Source: Carcharhinus longimanus
Lineage: Eukaryota
Length of the DNA stretch: 64,000 nucleotides
Reading direction: 5' to 3'
Assembly: GCA_030264375.1 (NCBI GenBank)
Contig: JASCQW010000112.1
Coordinates: forward strand, 36,959,650-37,023,649
Shown: positions 13,894 to 26,010 of the stretch, piece by piece
Layout of the letters: each line of letters opens with the position of its first letter
Numbering within the stretch: the stretch's first letter is position 1
Notes under the pieces: generated by a model
The model's database searches: none
Seen by the model: only the letters and a program-made list of their open reading frames with translations
What the model was told of the DNA's origin: nothing
Translations under genes and position numbers: made by a program

Positions 13894-14745
13894 ATATTGC
13901 CTTTTTGTTCTGGCTAGACTTGCTGTCAACAGTTTGGTAATAAGCTGCATTACACCAATGTTTAGCTTGGTAATGTCTTGTATTTGTATAGAATAATTAA
14001 ATGGTCAAAAGCTGCTGCTCATACTCATGTCCCCTTGTCACCCTGACAGACAAGGCATGGGGAAAAGAAACACTGCAGCAGAGGATCACTCAGATTTGAA
14101 AACCTAAATTCTGCATTAAATAAGGATTTATCCTCCAGCAAAAACACATTTTATTTAGGATAAAGTGTTGCTACTTGTAATTTTTTCTTACCATCTGAAT
14201 AATTCTTGTCTGATTAAACAGAGCTTGGTTTAAAACGAACACTTTAAAATACTGTGGTTACAAAGTTAGTTGTTTGAGTGCATGCACGTAGTTTGTCTAA
14301 TATCCAAAAGGAAGAAAAAGACAGGAATTCATTTTGGGTGGCAGTACATTGTCAGCCCACGTCATCCAACATTCGGTTCCATTAACTTTCATGTTACATA
14401 CACAAGAGTATAGCAAGCAGCTGAGGCAGTATGAACTTCCAGGATGGATGCTTGCTCCCAAAGTGTGTGTTTTGGAGAAGGTTTGTGTCCTACTCCAGGA
14501 TAATCATTACTTACTACTGACAAAAATCTCATGTTAAAAAATATTGCACTATGACCCCCCTCCTTCAACATTGGATATGCACAACAATATTGTCTTTTTG
14601 TTCTGGCTAGACTCACTGTCAGCAATTTACTAATAAGCTGCAATACAATGATGTTTAGCTTGCTAATGTTTTGTATTTGTATAGAATAATTAAATGGTCA
14701 GAAGCTGCTGCTAATACTTGTGTAACCTCATCACCATGAGACACA
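13894..14745 (+). repeat. Local direct duplication of about 155 bp (13894-14050 and 14587-14745)
   Basis: Both copies share atattg-ctttttgttctggctagact...tgtatttgtatagaataattaaatggtca.aagctgctgct. Confidence 0.9.
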
Positions 14746-15111
14746 AACCTGACCCCTATTTTCTTCCAGTTAAATTGATAATTCCTATCCACTAAGTTTT
14801 AAAAAAGGAATCCAAAAGGATGCAGTGAGAAAACTGCTGATGAAGTTACGATGTGGAATCTGGACTCATGCATGCTGCTTTAAAACAAATTCTGATAAAC
14901 ACTTCAATGTTAAAATTAGTTGATGCATTTTGAAGCTACTGTGCTGATACTACTTAAATGTGAACTATGAACAGCAAAGGGAACTCCTATTTTTAAACAT
15001 CCAACTTGGGAGTGAAGTTTTACTGCAAAGCTTTATAATCCATGAATTAACAACCTTCCAGCTTTAGTTTCTGTAAGAATCTCAATTTTTCTCTATTTTA
15101 GCTCACCACAT

Positions 15112-15706
15112 GAGCAGGATTTAACACTCCACTGCCGGCAGGTATGAAGTGGGGGGGCGGGGGGGGGGGGGTGTGGTGCGCATACAAGATCCAGTGGCAG
15201 CCTTGCCTGCCAACTTGATTTGCCAAAGTAGCCAAATAGTACCCACTTAAGGCCTTACGCCATTGCCGCTAGGATTCAACCGGCAGCAGGAGAGGCCCAC
15301 GCTAAGCGTCCATGCAGTCAACTTTACCTGCATGGTATAATGGCGGGCAGGATGTGGCCCTTTAACAGGCCCATTAGATTTAATGGGGCACTCACCCCAA
15401 GGTACAACCTCCCCCAAGATATTTCAATCCTGGCCAGCCACAACAGCCTACCTGCCTGATCTCATCAAAACCCTCAGACTTAACTCTGGTCCTGGTTTGA
15501 CAGCAGCTCGCCTTCCTGTATGTGTCACCGTGATACTGACAGTGGCCACCGCTCCCGATAGCACTGTCAATATGGACACTGTCATACTGGAAAGCTGCTG
15601 GCTTCTAGCTCTAAGGGGTGGACGTTCTGTTGCTGATGGGCAGAAGTCATGGATGTCTCAAGCCAGTTAATGGCTGGGGACCACAGCGCTCTGTTAAATC
15701 CAGCCC
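15112..15706. mobile_element. PIF/Harbinger-type MITE
   Basis: TIRs GAGCAGGATTTAACA and reverse complement GGGCTGGATTTAACA (13/15). Confidence 0.7.
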
Positions 15707-16745
15707 TATCTCATCATCTCCTCAAGCCCATTGATCTAGCCCTCCAGAGTTAAAAAAAAGTCCCAAAACACCAACCAAACAAAAACTTTTCAGAATTAAC
15801 AACAAGGCTACAGATCTTCATGCATTAACTACTTGACTACCAGGAGTTTTGAATAAAAACTGTGTTATTAAGTCATTAACACAGGCAAAATAGGTGCATC
15901 TTATGTGCCAATCAATATTAGAGATCTAAATCAAACTTCTGATATGCTTTTACCAGAAGCTAGTAGAATCATTGGTAACATCACTACTGCTGTTGCATCA
16001 TAGGGAATTAGAGACAGCATAGAAAGCAGATACACTTCCCCGCAGAAAATCAGCATCGGTTCCACCCAAACTCTAAATACTGTCTAATCCCCAAGTCCCA
16101 GCTCCACTTACTTTAGTGTTCATGTGGAATCTTAATTGTGTTCTTCCTGAGTCACATGACCTACTGCAATTGGTCTCAAATCTACACTAGTATTATACTA
16201 AATCTTGCCCTAAATTATGATAAGAGTTCTACTATAACTGTGTAGGAATGCAAGCTAACATTTTATTCATATACAATTTCCACCCATCACTGCAGCTTGA
16301 ATTGAAGCAGTTTCTACTTTTATTTACATTCATTCTGCATGTCACCTCACTAGTTCTGTGCAAGATAGGGACAATGTCTGATAAATCTACAAATGCTACA
16401 ATTGAAATTCCATCAATTTAATGTCAAGATGCTATTTAAGTGCTTCTTTAAAATATATTCTTAAACACATAATTTAATTGCTATTCCCATCTGAGCCATG
16501 ATACCCCCATCCCCATTTTGAAGTTTAAAAAATGCATTATGAAAATATAATGATGTTATCAACAATGTAGAGGAGTAAAACCTTGTCATTTATGGTAGCA
16601 CCAAAGAGGACAATATAGATGGGGCATCTGTTAACACATTCCACCCAGTATTTAGTTTCAAAGATTTTAATGTTACCGAATTTACAATGGTATGTCATAG
16701 AAAGGGCAAAAGTTGCTTTTTCTATGAGATGCTTCCAGAAAATTT

Positions 16746-17507
16746 GGCCTGGAATTTGCTTTTGCAGTCAACACCCTACTGAAACTGAAGCAACTTCTGA
16801 AGCTTGCACATACGTAGCATAAAGTGGGAAATATAGAGGGTTCTGTCAGTGATTCTACAATTCTCCAGTGAATGCACTGTTGAAGTCTCCCCATTCAATA
16901 TTTCCTTAGCAATCAGAGGGTTGGTGAAAATTTCCACTTTGATCCTGTTAGCTTCACTGTAAAAACCTGTTAAATAAAGGTTCAACAGGAGCAGCATCCT
17001 AATTTCATAATCACTGTTACACAACTTCACTAGCTAATTTTATATCTGTGGGATGTCAAATTTCTCCATTATGAATTAAAATAATCCTACATGTTTTTAA
17101 TATAACTGTTTTTAGAGTTTATTTTTTAATCTTAATCCAATCATAATTTATTTCACTATCTGAAAATTTAAATTAAAAGGGGCAATATTGATGCTTTAAA
17201 ATTTGGAGATTTCTGTTTCTGTGATTGGCTGCTTCCCCTGCTTTCTGGCATTACTGCTAATGTGTGCCTGGAGATCTCCTTGGTGCCATTAGATTAAAAC
17301 AGGCTATTAAGGGAAATTCCTACCAGAGACATCTTTGGGGTCACCTTTCTTCGAGATTANNNNNNNNNNNNNNNNNNNNNNNNNNNNNNNNNNNNNNNNN
17401 NNNNNNNNNNNNNNNNNNNNNNNNNNNNNNNNNNNNNNNNNNNNNNNNNNNNNNNNNNNATTAGCAGCAAATGCCATTGCTCTGTTGCTGACTGCAAAAT
17501 CTGGCCC
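16746..17507. mobile_element. PIF/Harbinger-type MITE (contains an N gap)
   Basis: Ends GGCCTGGAATTTGC and GCAAAATCTGGCCC, flanked by TTT on both sides. Confidence 0.55.
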
Positions 17508-18630
17508 TTTGTTTTTTTTAAGACAGCGATACGCATATTCTGCCTTTATTGCCTATTTCCATTGAAAGCCTTTAGAATACCAGGGAAAAGATGGAATCTT
17601 TCAGGCTTCACACATTAAACAAAGTACACTCCATCAACCCAATGTGAACGAGGTGCACTTACGAAGTTTCCAGTTCTGCTCAGTTAATTTTAGAGCATTT
17701 GTTTCTCTTACGCCAAATAAGTAGAAACCTTTTCAAAATCCCAGTTCTATGTTTTTGGAAAAGCTTTAATGTCAATAAATAATAAAGCTGTATATAGGTA
17801 ATGAGCCTTTGTCAAATCAGAGACAGGGTCTGTCGCATGATTATAGAACTGTGAAGTTGATGTATAAGATTTATTTTATGTATTTTTCACATGTCAATCT
17901 AATTTCGACTGCACCCTGCTATTTCCTGCTTTCTTTTGACAAAGCTGTGATATATGATTTTGCACATTCCCTGACTTACTACTCTAAACCAACTGCCCCA
18001 TCAGTGTGACCTTGCTCGAAACTCACACTAGAATATTCAACTTGGATCCCATTATCTTTCAAATGTGTTTATTGGCTAATTGTGTCACTTTGTCACTGCC
18101 ATTTAAGTTGTACAATACTGGTTCATTCAACATTAGCACGTGCTAGAATGTTCTTCTCCCCTTATTTCTCTTTATTTTCCTAATGCTTTTCCTCTCAGCC
18201 TTAACAGTGTTTACATGTTATTAAAATATTCCACAAAGACAAAAATGACACCAGATATAAACAGCTTGTCAGATAAACAATTAAGGTAAGAAGGCCGTTC
18301 ATCATCTGGTTGTCGACTTTTAACCAGTCAAATTTTTATCTTTATTTGCTGTACTAATTGAATGACCATAGCATTTGTTTACAAAAGCTCAAAAGAATTA
18401 CAATCTTAAAAAAATGCACACATTATATATATATTAAAAAATCAATCTGATTTGCAGCAAAATATAAGTGGCATTCTGCACCCCACAGTGCAGCGAGTAG
18501 AATGCACTTTTGTGTGAAAACTAATGAAATCTAGTATTGTACACAAAAAAATTAACTCAAAATCCCACATTAATAAACCATGATTATGCCTACTTAAAAC
18601 TATTTACAACAAGATGAGAAACAGACAGAC

Positions 18631-18737
18631 CTCATCCCTGTAAAGGGGGCTAGTGTAGTACATGATGTCCATAGCACTGCTGTTTAACATGTCTCTAAGT
18701 CCACGTACTTTATCTGGAGTTATAGATTCAACAGTAT
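18631..18737 (-). CDS. DDHD1: DDHD1 exon 6 (107 nt, phase 1-0)
   Basis: ttctag|AT...GATGAG|gtctgt; DTVESITPDKVRGLRDMLNSSAMDIMYYTSPLYRDE. Translated by hand. Confidence 0.95.
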
Positions 18738-19427
18738 CTAGAAACATAGAAAGTTGAAAAAGATCCATTTTCATTGATTCAGCAAGGCAACATTTGAAAA
18801 TAAATCTTCATGGACATTCTACTTGAACACTGATGCCACAGATCTAAGGCAACATGTTTAATCCTGTCCCCAGTGATGCCACTGTCTCCAGCACCTTGCT
18901 GAAGTGACCATTCTTCAGCAAATCCCATTGTTCTCATCTGGTACCAGCGCACAGCACACTTCCAGACAGGAGTGCAACTTGCACTATATGCTCCCTTCCC
19001 TTGACCAGAGGTTTCAGTGTCAGTTCTAAGTCCCTCAACATAGGTCAGCTTACTTAGCACGAACGTGAAACTGCCTTTTCCTGGTCTGTACAGCTCAGTA
19101 TTCAGCAGCATTTACCACTGTGCTAACAGAGGAGTTATACTACGCTTTTCCCAGGTAACAGTTGCCTTTGGTGGGCTGGAGCAAGTATAACGTCAGCAAC
19201 CAGATGAGAAAACAGTTCAAATTTTCTTTTAAAAAAAAATGAGTTTTAGTGGCAAAAAAAAAAGGACACGTTTGTTTGAAGAATAGAATGCCTCTTCATT
19301 TAGACTATTATTCAAGTAATACTGTTTCTCACTGTTTTAAGAATTCTAAAAGAGATTGCTGCTAATATCAAAATACAATGAAAAACAAGGTCCACAAACT
19401 CTGAAAGCCAATTACTTCTTAAGCATC

Positions 19428-19850
19428 AGCCTTGGCAGTGTAACGGCATTCTCAACTCAGTCTGAAACTGTGGGTTTAAACCCATTCCAGACATTGGAGC
19501 ATGCCATCCAGGTTGACACTCCAGTGCAATACTAAAGTGTGTTGCACTGTCACAGGAACCATAGTTTCAATGAGACATTAGCAGAGTCTGCCTTCCCTCC
19601 CAGCTGGATACAAAAGATCCAAGGCAATACTTTGAAGACCAGCAGGGAATCTTCCTTGACCAACATTTATCCCTCAATCCAATCAAAGACAGATGACCTG
19701 TTTATTTCAGATGGTGGGAGCTTGCTTTGTGCAAATTGGCTGTCAGAGTTTCTAATTTACATCAGTGTGCACACCTCAAAAATATTTCATTTGCTCCAAA
19801 TTGTTTTGGTACGTAAAAGGCACTATCATAAATGCAAGTCTGTCTTTCTT
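19428..19850 (+). mobile_element. DeuSINE (SacSINE1-like)
   Basis: gacactccagtgcaatact..gttgcactgtc..aaaagatcc..aacatttatccctcaa..aaggcactatcataaatgcaagtc. Confidence 0.8.
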
Positions 19851-20356
19851 TTACTTCCTTCCCTTGACTTAAATGTCAATGTGTATTCACTGGTTGAAAA
19901 ACAATTTAAGTATAAGAACTGGTTATAGTGTAGCTAAATTTAGCAGCTTATTCTTGTCAAGAGTCAAGACTGAAAGAGAACTTAATCATTGTCAATTGGT
20001 TTGACGTGCAGTTGCTCATGTTTACGAACAAGAGAAAATATATTTCTCTCGATCTTCTTGTAACCGTGGCTCTGTCTCCCTAATTCTTTGCTTCTCCATT
20101 TCCATCTTCTGTTCTTTCTCCCTCTTTTTCTCTTTAGATAGTTGAGATACTTTCTCCTGTTATTGCTACCTGTCTTCCAAACCTTCATTCTTTCTCTCCA
20201 TTCTTTTGTAAATCCTTTTTTCATCTATCTTGCTAGATTTCTACTCATGTCATACGATTTGCATTGGTATGTCTAACCAGATTGCATGCCCAGCATTCGA
20301 GCCGTTCTTAATTCATAAACTGTTCTTGAATATTTTCTGATTGCTTCCTTCTTTAC

Positions 20357-20662
20357 AGCAGCACAGTGGTTAGCACTGCTGCCTCATAGCACCAGGGACT
20401 CGGGTTCGATTCCAGCCTTGGGTGACTTGTCTGTGTGGATTTGCACATTCTCCCCACATCTGTGTGGGTTTCTTCCCATAATCCAAAGATGTGCAGGTTA
20501 GGTGGATTGGCCATGCTAAATTGCACCTGAGTGTCCCAAAGCTGTGTAGATTAGGGGGATTAGAAGGGTAAATGCATGGGGTTACAGGGATAGAGCGGGG
20601 CAGGATGCTCACTGCAGATCTGATTGGCCTCTTTCTGCACTGTAGGGAATCTATGGATTCTA
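20357..20662 (+). mobile_element. HE1-like V-SINE
   Basis: gcacagtggttagcactgctgcctca...ggttcgattcc...ctgcactgtagggaatctatggattcta. Confidence 0.92.
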
Positions 20663-20795
20663 AAAGTGATATCCTTAGAGATGGAGATGGATGTTAATTA
20701 TTCTTGCTCCATGTAAGATCCCTTAATCCAGTCGTGTTTAAATAAACCCATTAAAAATTGTCCTCTTGTTATGCTTGTCCCTCTCTCTGTTACAG

Positions 20796-20929
20796 GTCTT
20801 TGTCTCACCGTCGGCGCAGTTCTTTGGTTGTTTGTTTACCTGAGCTGGAGATATTTCCCGGGGATTTATTAATTTCTAATGGTGCAGAGCACCTTTACCG
20901 TACAGCGTCAACACCCATCCTCAATACAG
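20796..20929 (+). pseudogene. PLEKHG7-like exon A (134 nt), antisense within DDHD1 intron 5
   Basis: ctctctctgttacag|G...AATACAG|gtaagc; SLSHRRRSSLVVCLPELEIFPGDLLISNGAEHLYRTASTPILNT resembles the recalled RRRSSVVVSLPGLDVFPGDLLVSDGA motif N-terminal to the PLEKHG7 DH domain. Confidence 0.72.
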
Positions 20930-21121
20930 GTAAGCCCACTGACCTGTGTACAAGTCAGATAGGATCTTCCACAGCCTGTTTGCTTTGTCAATAACTCATA
21001 TTTCAGAAGCTTGGTGTTGTGGGTACTCAGTGGGTTTGCGCGTTGGGTAATTTGAAGAAGGAAGTGCGATCTGCCGGAGAGGATGGCAACATTCTAAAGC
21101 TGCCCCAACTTTCTCTTTCAG

Positions 21122-21162
21122 AATCCAAGAAGTCAAAGTGGCCGTTCACCAAACGAGGAATG
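21122..21162 (+). pseudogene. PLEKHG7-like exon B (41 nt)
   Basis: ctttctctttcag|AATCC...GGAATG|gtaatg; joins exon A in phase to give ESKKSKWPFTKRGM. Confidence 0.7.
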
Positions 21163-21635
21163 GTAATGCTGTGTAATGTTTTAGTAGACTGTTTAATGTT
21201 CTGGCACTCCCTCAGGTTTTGGAGGTGGAATCTGTGACAGACTGAACAAATAGTTATATACATTGGGCAACTTGTGTCAAACACTTCCCAAGATAGCAGT
21301 GAGTTTGTGCCTCAGTCACCTCCTTGTACGTGAGATTGGGGAGGTTCCGTTTACAGTGATTCTCACAAACCCAGATAAATTTAGCAGGTACAAACTTGTC
21401 TAACCTGAAGCTTAATCCTAAAGCGCTGTACCTCGGGTGATATTAGGTTTGAAGTTTCAAGCTTATTCATTTGTGTCACAAGTAGGCCTACATTAACACT
21501 GCAATGAAGTTAATGTGAAAATCCCCTAGTTGACANNNNNNNNNNNNNNNNNNNNNNNNNNNNNNNNNNNNNNNNNNNNNNNNNNNNNNNNNNNNNNNNN
21601 NNNNNNNNNNNNNNNNNNNNNNNNNNNNNNNNNNN

Positions 21636-22397
21636 CAAAGATGTGCAGGTTAGGTGGATTGGCCATGCTAAATTGCCCCTTAGTGTCCCAAGATGTGTAG
21701 GTTAGATGGATTAGCCATGGTGAATGTGTGGGGTTACCGGGATAGGGCAGGGCAAAAAGGCCTGGGTAGGACACTCTGGGCCTGATTTTACCACAGCCCT
21801 CTTATTACTTGGTAAAGTTGGGCGTGAGGCCATTAATGCGATCCGTGCCCACGCAGATGCCCACTTTGCCAAGGCCCGAAAATGGCCACAATCTGATTCG
21901 CACCCAAAACTGGTGCAATACCAATTTAAATGCTGCCACTCTGTGGGCAAATCGGTGGAGGGGAAAGGGGGCAGGGGGTCGCAATCGGTCTGGGTAGCCA
22001 GGGAGAGGAAAGTGGGTGGATAAGGGGGAAAGTAATGTTGTAGGGGTGATGTCTGTGGGGACCATCACTCCCGGGCCGCTTTATCCATTTTTTGTGGCCC
22101 AGGAGCGATGAAACAGGGGCGCGATTTTCAAATGTTTTTCCTCACTGCGCAGTTCAGAGCTCCGATTGTTTCTGGTGCACTAAGCCCCACCTACAGCGCA
22201 TTTCAGACTCACAATTTTTTTTTTCAGGCTAAGTGATTACGGGGAAGCCTGAGAGCAGATTTCTAAGTCGGATCTGAATTGCGCCCAGATTCAGCACTTA
22301 GAATGAAAATGGTAAAACTCGGCCCTCTGTCAGAGAGTTGATGCAGACTCAATGAACCGAATAGTCTCCTTATGCACTACAGGACTTCTATGATTCT
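21636..22397 (+). mobile_element. HE1-like SINE 3' half, split by a MITE
   Basis: SINE sequence resumes at 22326 after the insertion. Confidence 0.85.
21778..22325. mobile_element. 548-bp PIF/Harbinger-type MITE with 3-bp TSD (TCT)
   Basis: TIR GGGCCTGATTTTACCA vs reverse complement GGGCCGAGTTTTACCA (13/16); TCT at 21775-21777 and 22326-22328. Confidence 0.85.
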
Positions 22398-22759
22398 AAT
22401 TCTCATTCGTTTCTTGCAAATCAAGTATTCAAATTTGATTTCTTGGGAATTTTATTTTAATTTGGCTGCTGAGCTGCCAGCAGACGTTTACAAGCATCCA
22501 CCAGTCTGCTAACTTTCTTCACCAACATTAATCCTCTTTACCTTAAAAGGGACAGGTCAGGTTAGGCATAACTGCATCTTAGCAGCAGAATATATTACAC
22601 GTCACATGATCTAATACTCCTGGTTGTAAAATAGCACATCATCTTTCTCACTGAGATCAGTGCCACTGCAAATGAATTGATCGGGCAATTTGCAAAGATT
22701 TCGTTCAAGAACCGCATAGTGAAAGGGATGAGATGAGATTGGATTAAATTTGAGCCACA

Positions 22760-23072
22760 GGGTGGCACAGTGATTAGCACTGCTGCCTCACAGCGCCAGG
22801 AACTCGGGTTCGATTCCTGCCTTGGGTTACTGTGTGGAGTTTGCACATTCTCCCCACGTCTGCATGAGTTTCCTCTGGGTGCTCCGGCTTCCTCCCACAG
22901 TCAAACATGTGCAGGTTAGGTGGATTGGCCATACTAAATTTGCCTGAGTGTCAAGGGGACTAGCTAGGGTAAATGCATGGGTTATGGGGATAGGGCCTAG
23001 GTGGGATAGTAGTTGGTGCAAACTCAATGGTCTGAATGGCCTCTTCTGTACTGTAGGGATTCTATGATTCTA
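22760..23072 (+). mobile_element. HE1-like V-SINE, near full length
   Basis: tRNA-like head, V-domain and gggattctatgattcta tail. Confidence 0.92.
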
Positions 23073-23375
23073 GGATGAGTGGACCAGGATCAGTCTGTGA
23101 ATGTTAAAAGAAATAAAATAAGTGAAAACAAATATCAGAAAATTTAAAATAAGGGAAACTTCTTATTTATATAACACCTTAACAGATCGGAGAAAGACCC
23201 CAAAATACATTACATAAAGGATCTCAAATTCCACCAACACAAGAGTGCTGTGACTGCTTGCTTCTTATTTTGTGCATACCAACATCAGTAAGATGACTAA
23301 TTGATCCATTTCTGATAAGTGTTGTTTAAGAGAGGAATACCAGCTACCATAAACAGAGGAATTTCCTGTAGCCAG

Positions 23376-24330
23376 AGCAAAATACTGTGGATGTTCAAAA
23401 TCTAAAATAAATACAGAAAATGCTGCAAATACTTAGTAGATTTCGCAGCACTTGTGCAAAAAGATAACTAAAATTTCAGATTCCAATGAAAGGTTATTAG
23501 CCTGAAACTTTGGGCTGATTTCTGCTACTAAGGTGGGTAGCTTGAGTTGGGAATTGCTGGATTCGACAGAACCACCTCCATAAAGGAGACCCTGTCGAAC
23601 CCACCAGAAAGGCACGGAAAGGATAGACTCTGGCTTGCCCACCCTTGAAGTTGATCGGAGGTGGCCATGGAAGCAGGCAAGGGCCAAAGTGGGCTGGTTA
23701 GAAGGCCCGACTTGGTTCATTGGGACTTTGCTCGAAGATGTTGGCCCTTTAGCCTTCACGCCCCGTTCATGATCCCTTTATGTCCACTCACCCAGTACAC
23801 AATGTAGAGAACCATTAAGCCATATAATAGCAATGGCAAGTCTTGAAATGCTGAGGAAAATCTTTCAGAAATCTGCTTTAAAAACCCTGGCTGAGCTAAT
23901 TCAGTTGCCCTGGAACTCAGCCAAGTATTCATAATAAGGTCACCTGGTAACTGCATTAATGGAGACCAATGGCCAAACAACTACTTCAATAAATGGGTTC
24001 ATTATGAATTCAGGACTTGGCATTTTTTTTATTATTGCCTGGGCATGGAAGGGGCGTGGGTGAGGCCTGCTAAACTTACCTTTCAAAAGGTTCTCAAATC
24101 CAGATTATCCAGGATAGGAGATGCTTATACTCAATAGAACTACCAAGGTGGGAGTGCAGGGTGTGGGCTGCCCACACTCTTATTCTGCACCAAAGAAAAT
24201 TATTGGCAGCAGGAATGGAGGCAGGAATTCCAGATTCAAGTCCTGTCCACCACTTCTAAATCCCTCAGGGCTCTGAAAATCTGGGTGTTAACCGTTTCCC
24301 TCCGCAGATTCCGCCAGATCAATTGAGCAT
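23376..24330. mobile_element. Penelope-type terminal repeat interrupted by a GC-rich MITE (about 23512-24287)
   Basis: gcaaaatactgtggatg...cctgaaactt | insertion | ttaaccgtttccctccgcagattccgccaga. Confidence 0.6.
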
Positions 24331-24601
24331 TCCTATAAATCTTCCCTCGTTTTCTGCAGACTTCTTGGCTCAATTCTAATTAGCTTTGAAATTTGAAAGT
24401 TTAGAAAACTGGCAGGTGCTTGTAAAACTTCTTTAATTTTCTTGTAAACTCATGTTTAATCACATTAGTAGGTTTATGTTTCAATACTATCCACTTTAAT
24501 GAGGGATGAGAGAAAGTGCTAAGACCATACACAAATTCTAATTCAATTCCGATCTACAAGAAGCCCTTATCCAAATGGTACCCCTGTTTACATTTAATTA
24601 C

Positions 24602-24714
24602 CCCCATCCAGGCACAGCTTCGACCTCCACTCCACAGGCAGAAACTCAACATATTCCAAATTTGTGGCATAAGGAAAATGCTTTTCTTCAACCTTTCTTG
24701 CAGCTTCTCGCATC
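24602..24714 (-). CDS. DDHD1: DDHD1 exon 5 (113 nt, phase 2-1)
   Basis: ttggtag|GATG...GATGGGG|gtaatt; MREAARKVEEKHFPYATNLEYVEFLPVEWRSKLCLDG. Not in the ORF track; translated by hand. Confidence 0.95.
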
Positions 24715-25509
24715 CTACCAAAATAGAAGAGAAATAATCTTATGTGGACCTGTGATAAGTGTTAAGATGAAAGCAAACAGACCAGGCTGCTGTCAGTTTA
24801 AAATGTTATCTATTTTTAGCTGTTGGCAGGCTTAACAAACAAAAGTAAAACGAAGTACATGAGCTTTATTCTTTCATCACTAATTTGACAAGAGTGCAAA
24901 AATTCACAAAACGAACTGTGTAGATACTTGCATGCTGCAACTGAAATTATGGTTCAATTTGTTACTATTAAATGTCTGTAAAAATTGACTGAAGTTCCTC
25001 CAGGGTGACTATTTAAAAAAGCAATAATCTCTGGGCTAATGAAAATAAACGTAGGCATCTTTAGACTTTGTTGCAATGCACCTCAGAAAGAGGCCAAAAC
25101 ATGTTTCTATGAAAAGCCTTTCTTTCTCAAAGACAACAAATACAGAACGGTGGATTTTAAAGCCTTTGCCGGTTAGCCAGTGTATTAAATTAGATTATGT
25201 TTTCAGTAAATAAACTGCTGTCTAAAGTTTACATTGAGGAAAAAATCATATGATAGTTTTGTTTTTTGTATTCACCCAGTAAAGTGGAGAGATTCATATC
25301 TTACTGTATCATTCTGTTCACTCATCTGTCTCATGCAAATAAACTACCTGCTGGTCAAAGGCCAGCATTTTATCACTGGTTCTGCATTGGGGAGGTGATG
25401 GTGAGACTCTGCAATCCCTGGAGTGAAGGTGTTCCCACAGTGTTATTTGGATGGAACTCCTCTGATTTTTACCCAGTGTCTATGAAAGGTTGATGATATT
25501 CCTTTTTAT

Positions 25510-26010
25510 GATTCATTGGTGGGACATGGGTGTTGCTGGCTGGCCTGCATTTATTGTGCTAGTCACCCTTGGAGGACAATTGAGAGTCAACCACATTTCT
25601 GTGTCTCTGGAGTCATGTGTCGGCCAGACCAGGTAAGGATGGCAGATTTCCTTCCCTAAAGGACATTAGTGAACCAGATGGGTTTTTCCAACAATCAAAA
25701 CAACCAAGGGACATCACTCTCCCATTGCATTAATTTGCATTTGTCTGCACTTTCTCCCAGTGTCAAGAGTGTTATATGGACTCGATAACCTAAGGGAGCT
25801 AATTGTGAAGTGAAATATTTTATTTGTTTGTTTTTCCAACAATTGACAACCATTTCATGGTCATCAGTAGATTTGTAATTCCAGATTTTTTTTTATTGAA
25901 TTCAAATATCACCATCTGCTGTGGTGAGATTCAAACCCAGATTCTCAGAACATTAGCTGAGTTTCTGGATTAACAGTCAAGCGATAATATCACTAGGCCA
26001 TCGCCTCATG
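25510..26010 (-). mobile_element. LINE-tail/SINE-derived repeat
   Basis: catgggtgttgctggctggcctgcattt...ggatggcagatttccttccctaaaggacattagtgaaccagatggg; same family as 42345-42700 in the opposite orientation. Confidence 0.7.

Noticed and set aside
15151-15178. G-run with quadruplex potential
   Set aside because: It lies inside a MITE and is a simple homopolymer expansion.
20357-20430. tRNA-like A/B boxes (also at 10260, 22760, 53797 and 63580)
   Set aside because: These are SINE heads, not tRNA genes.
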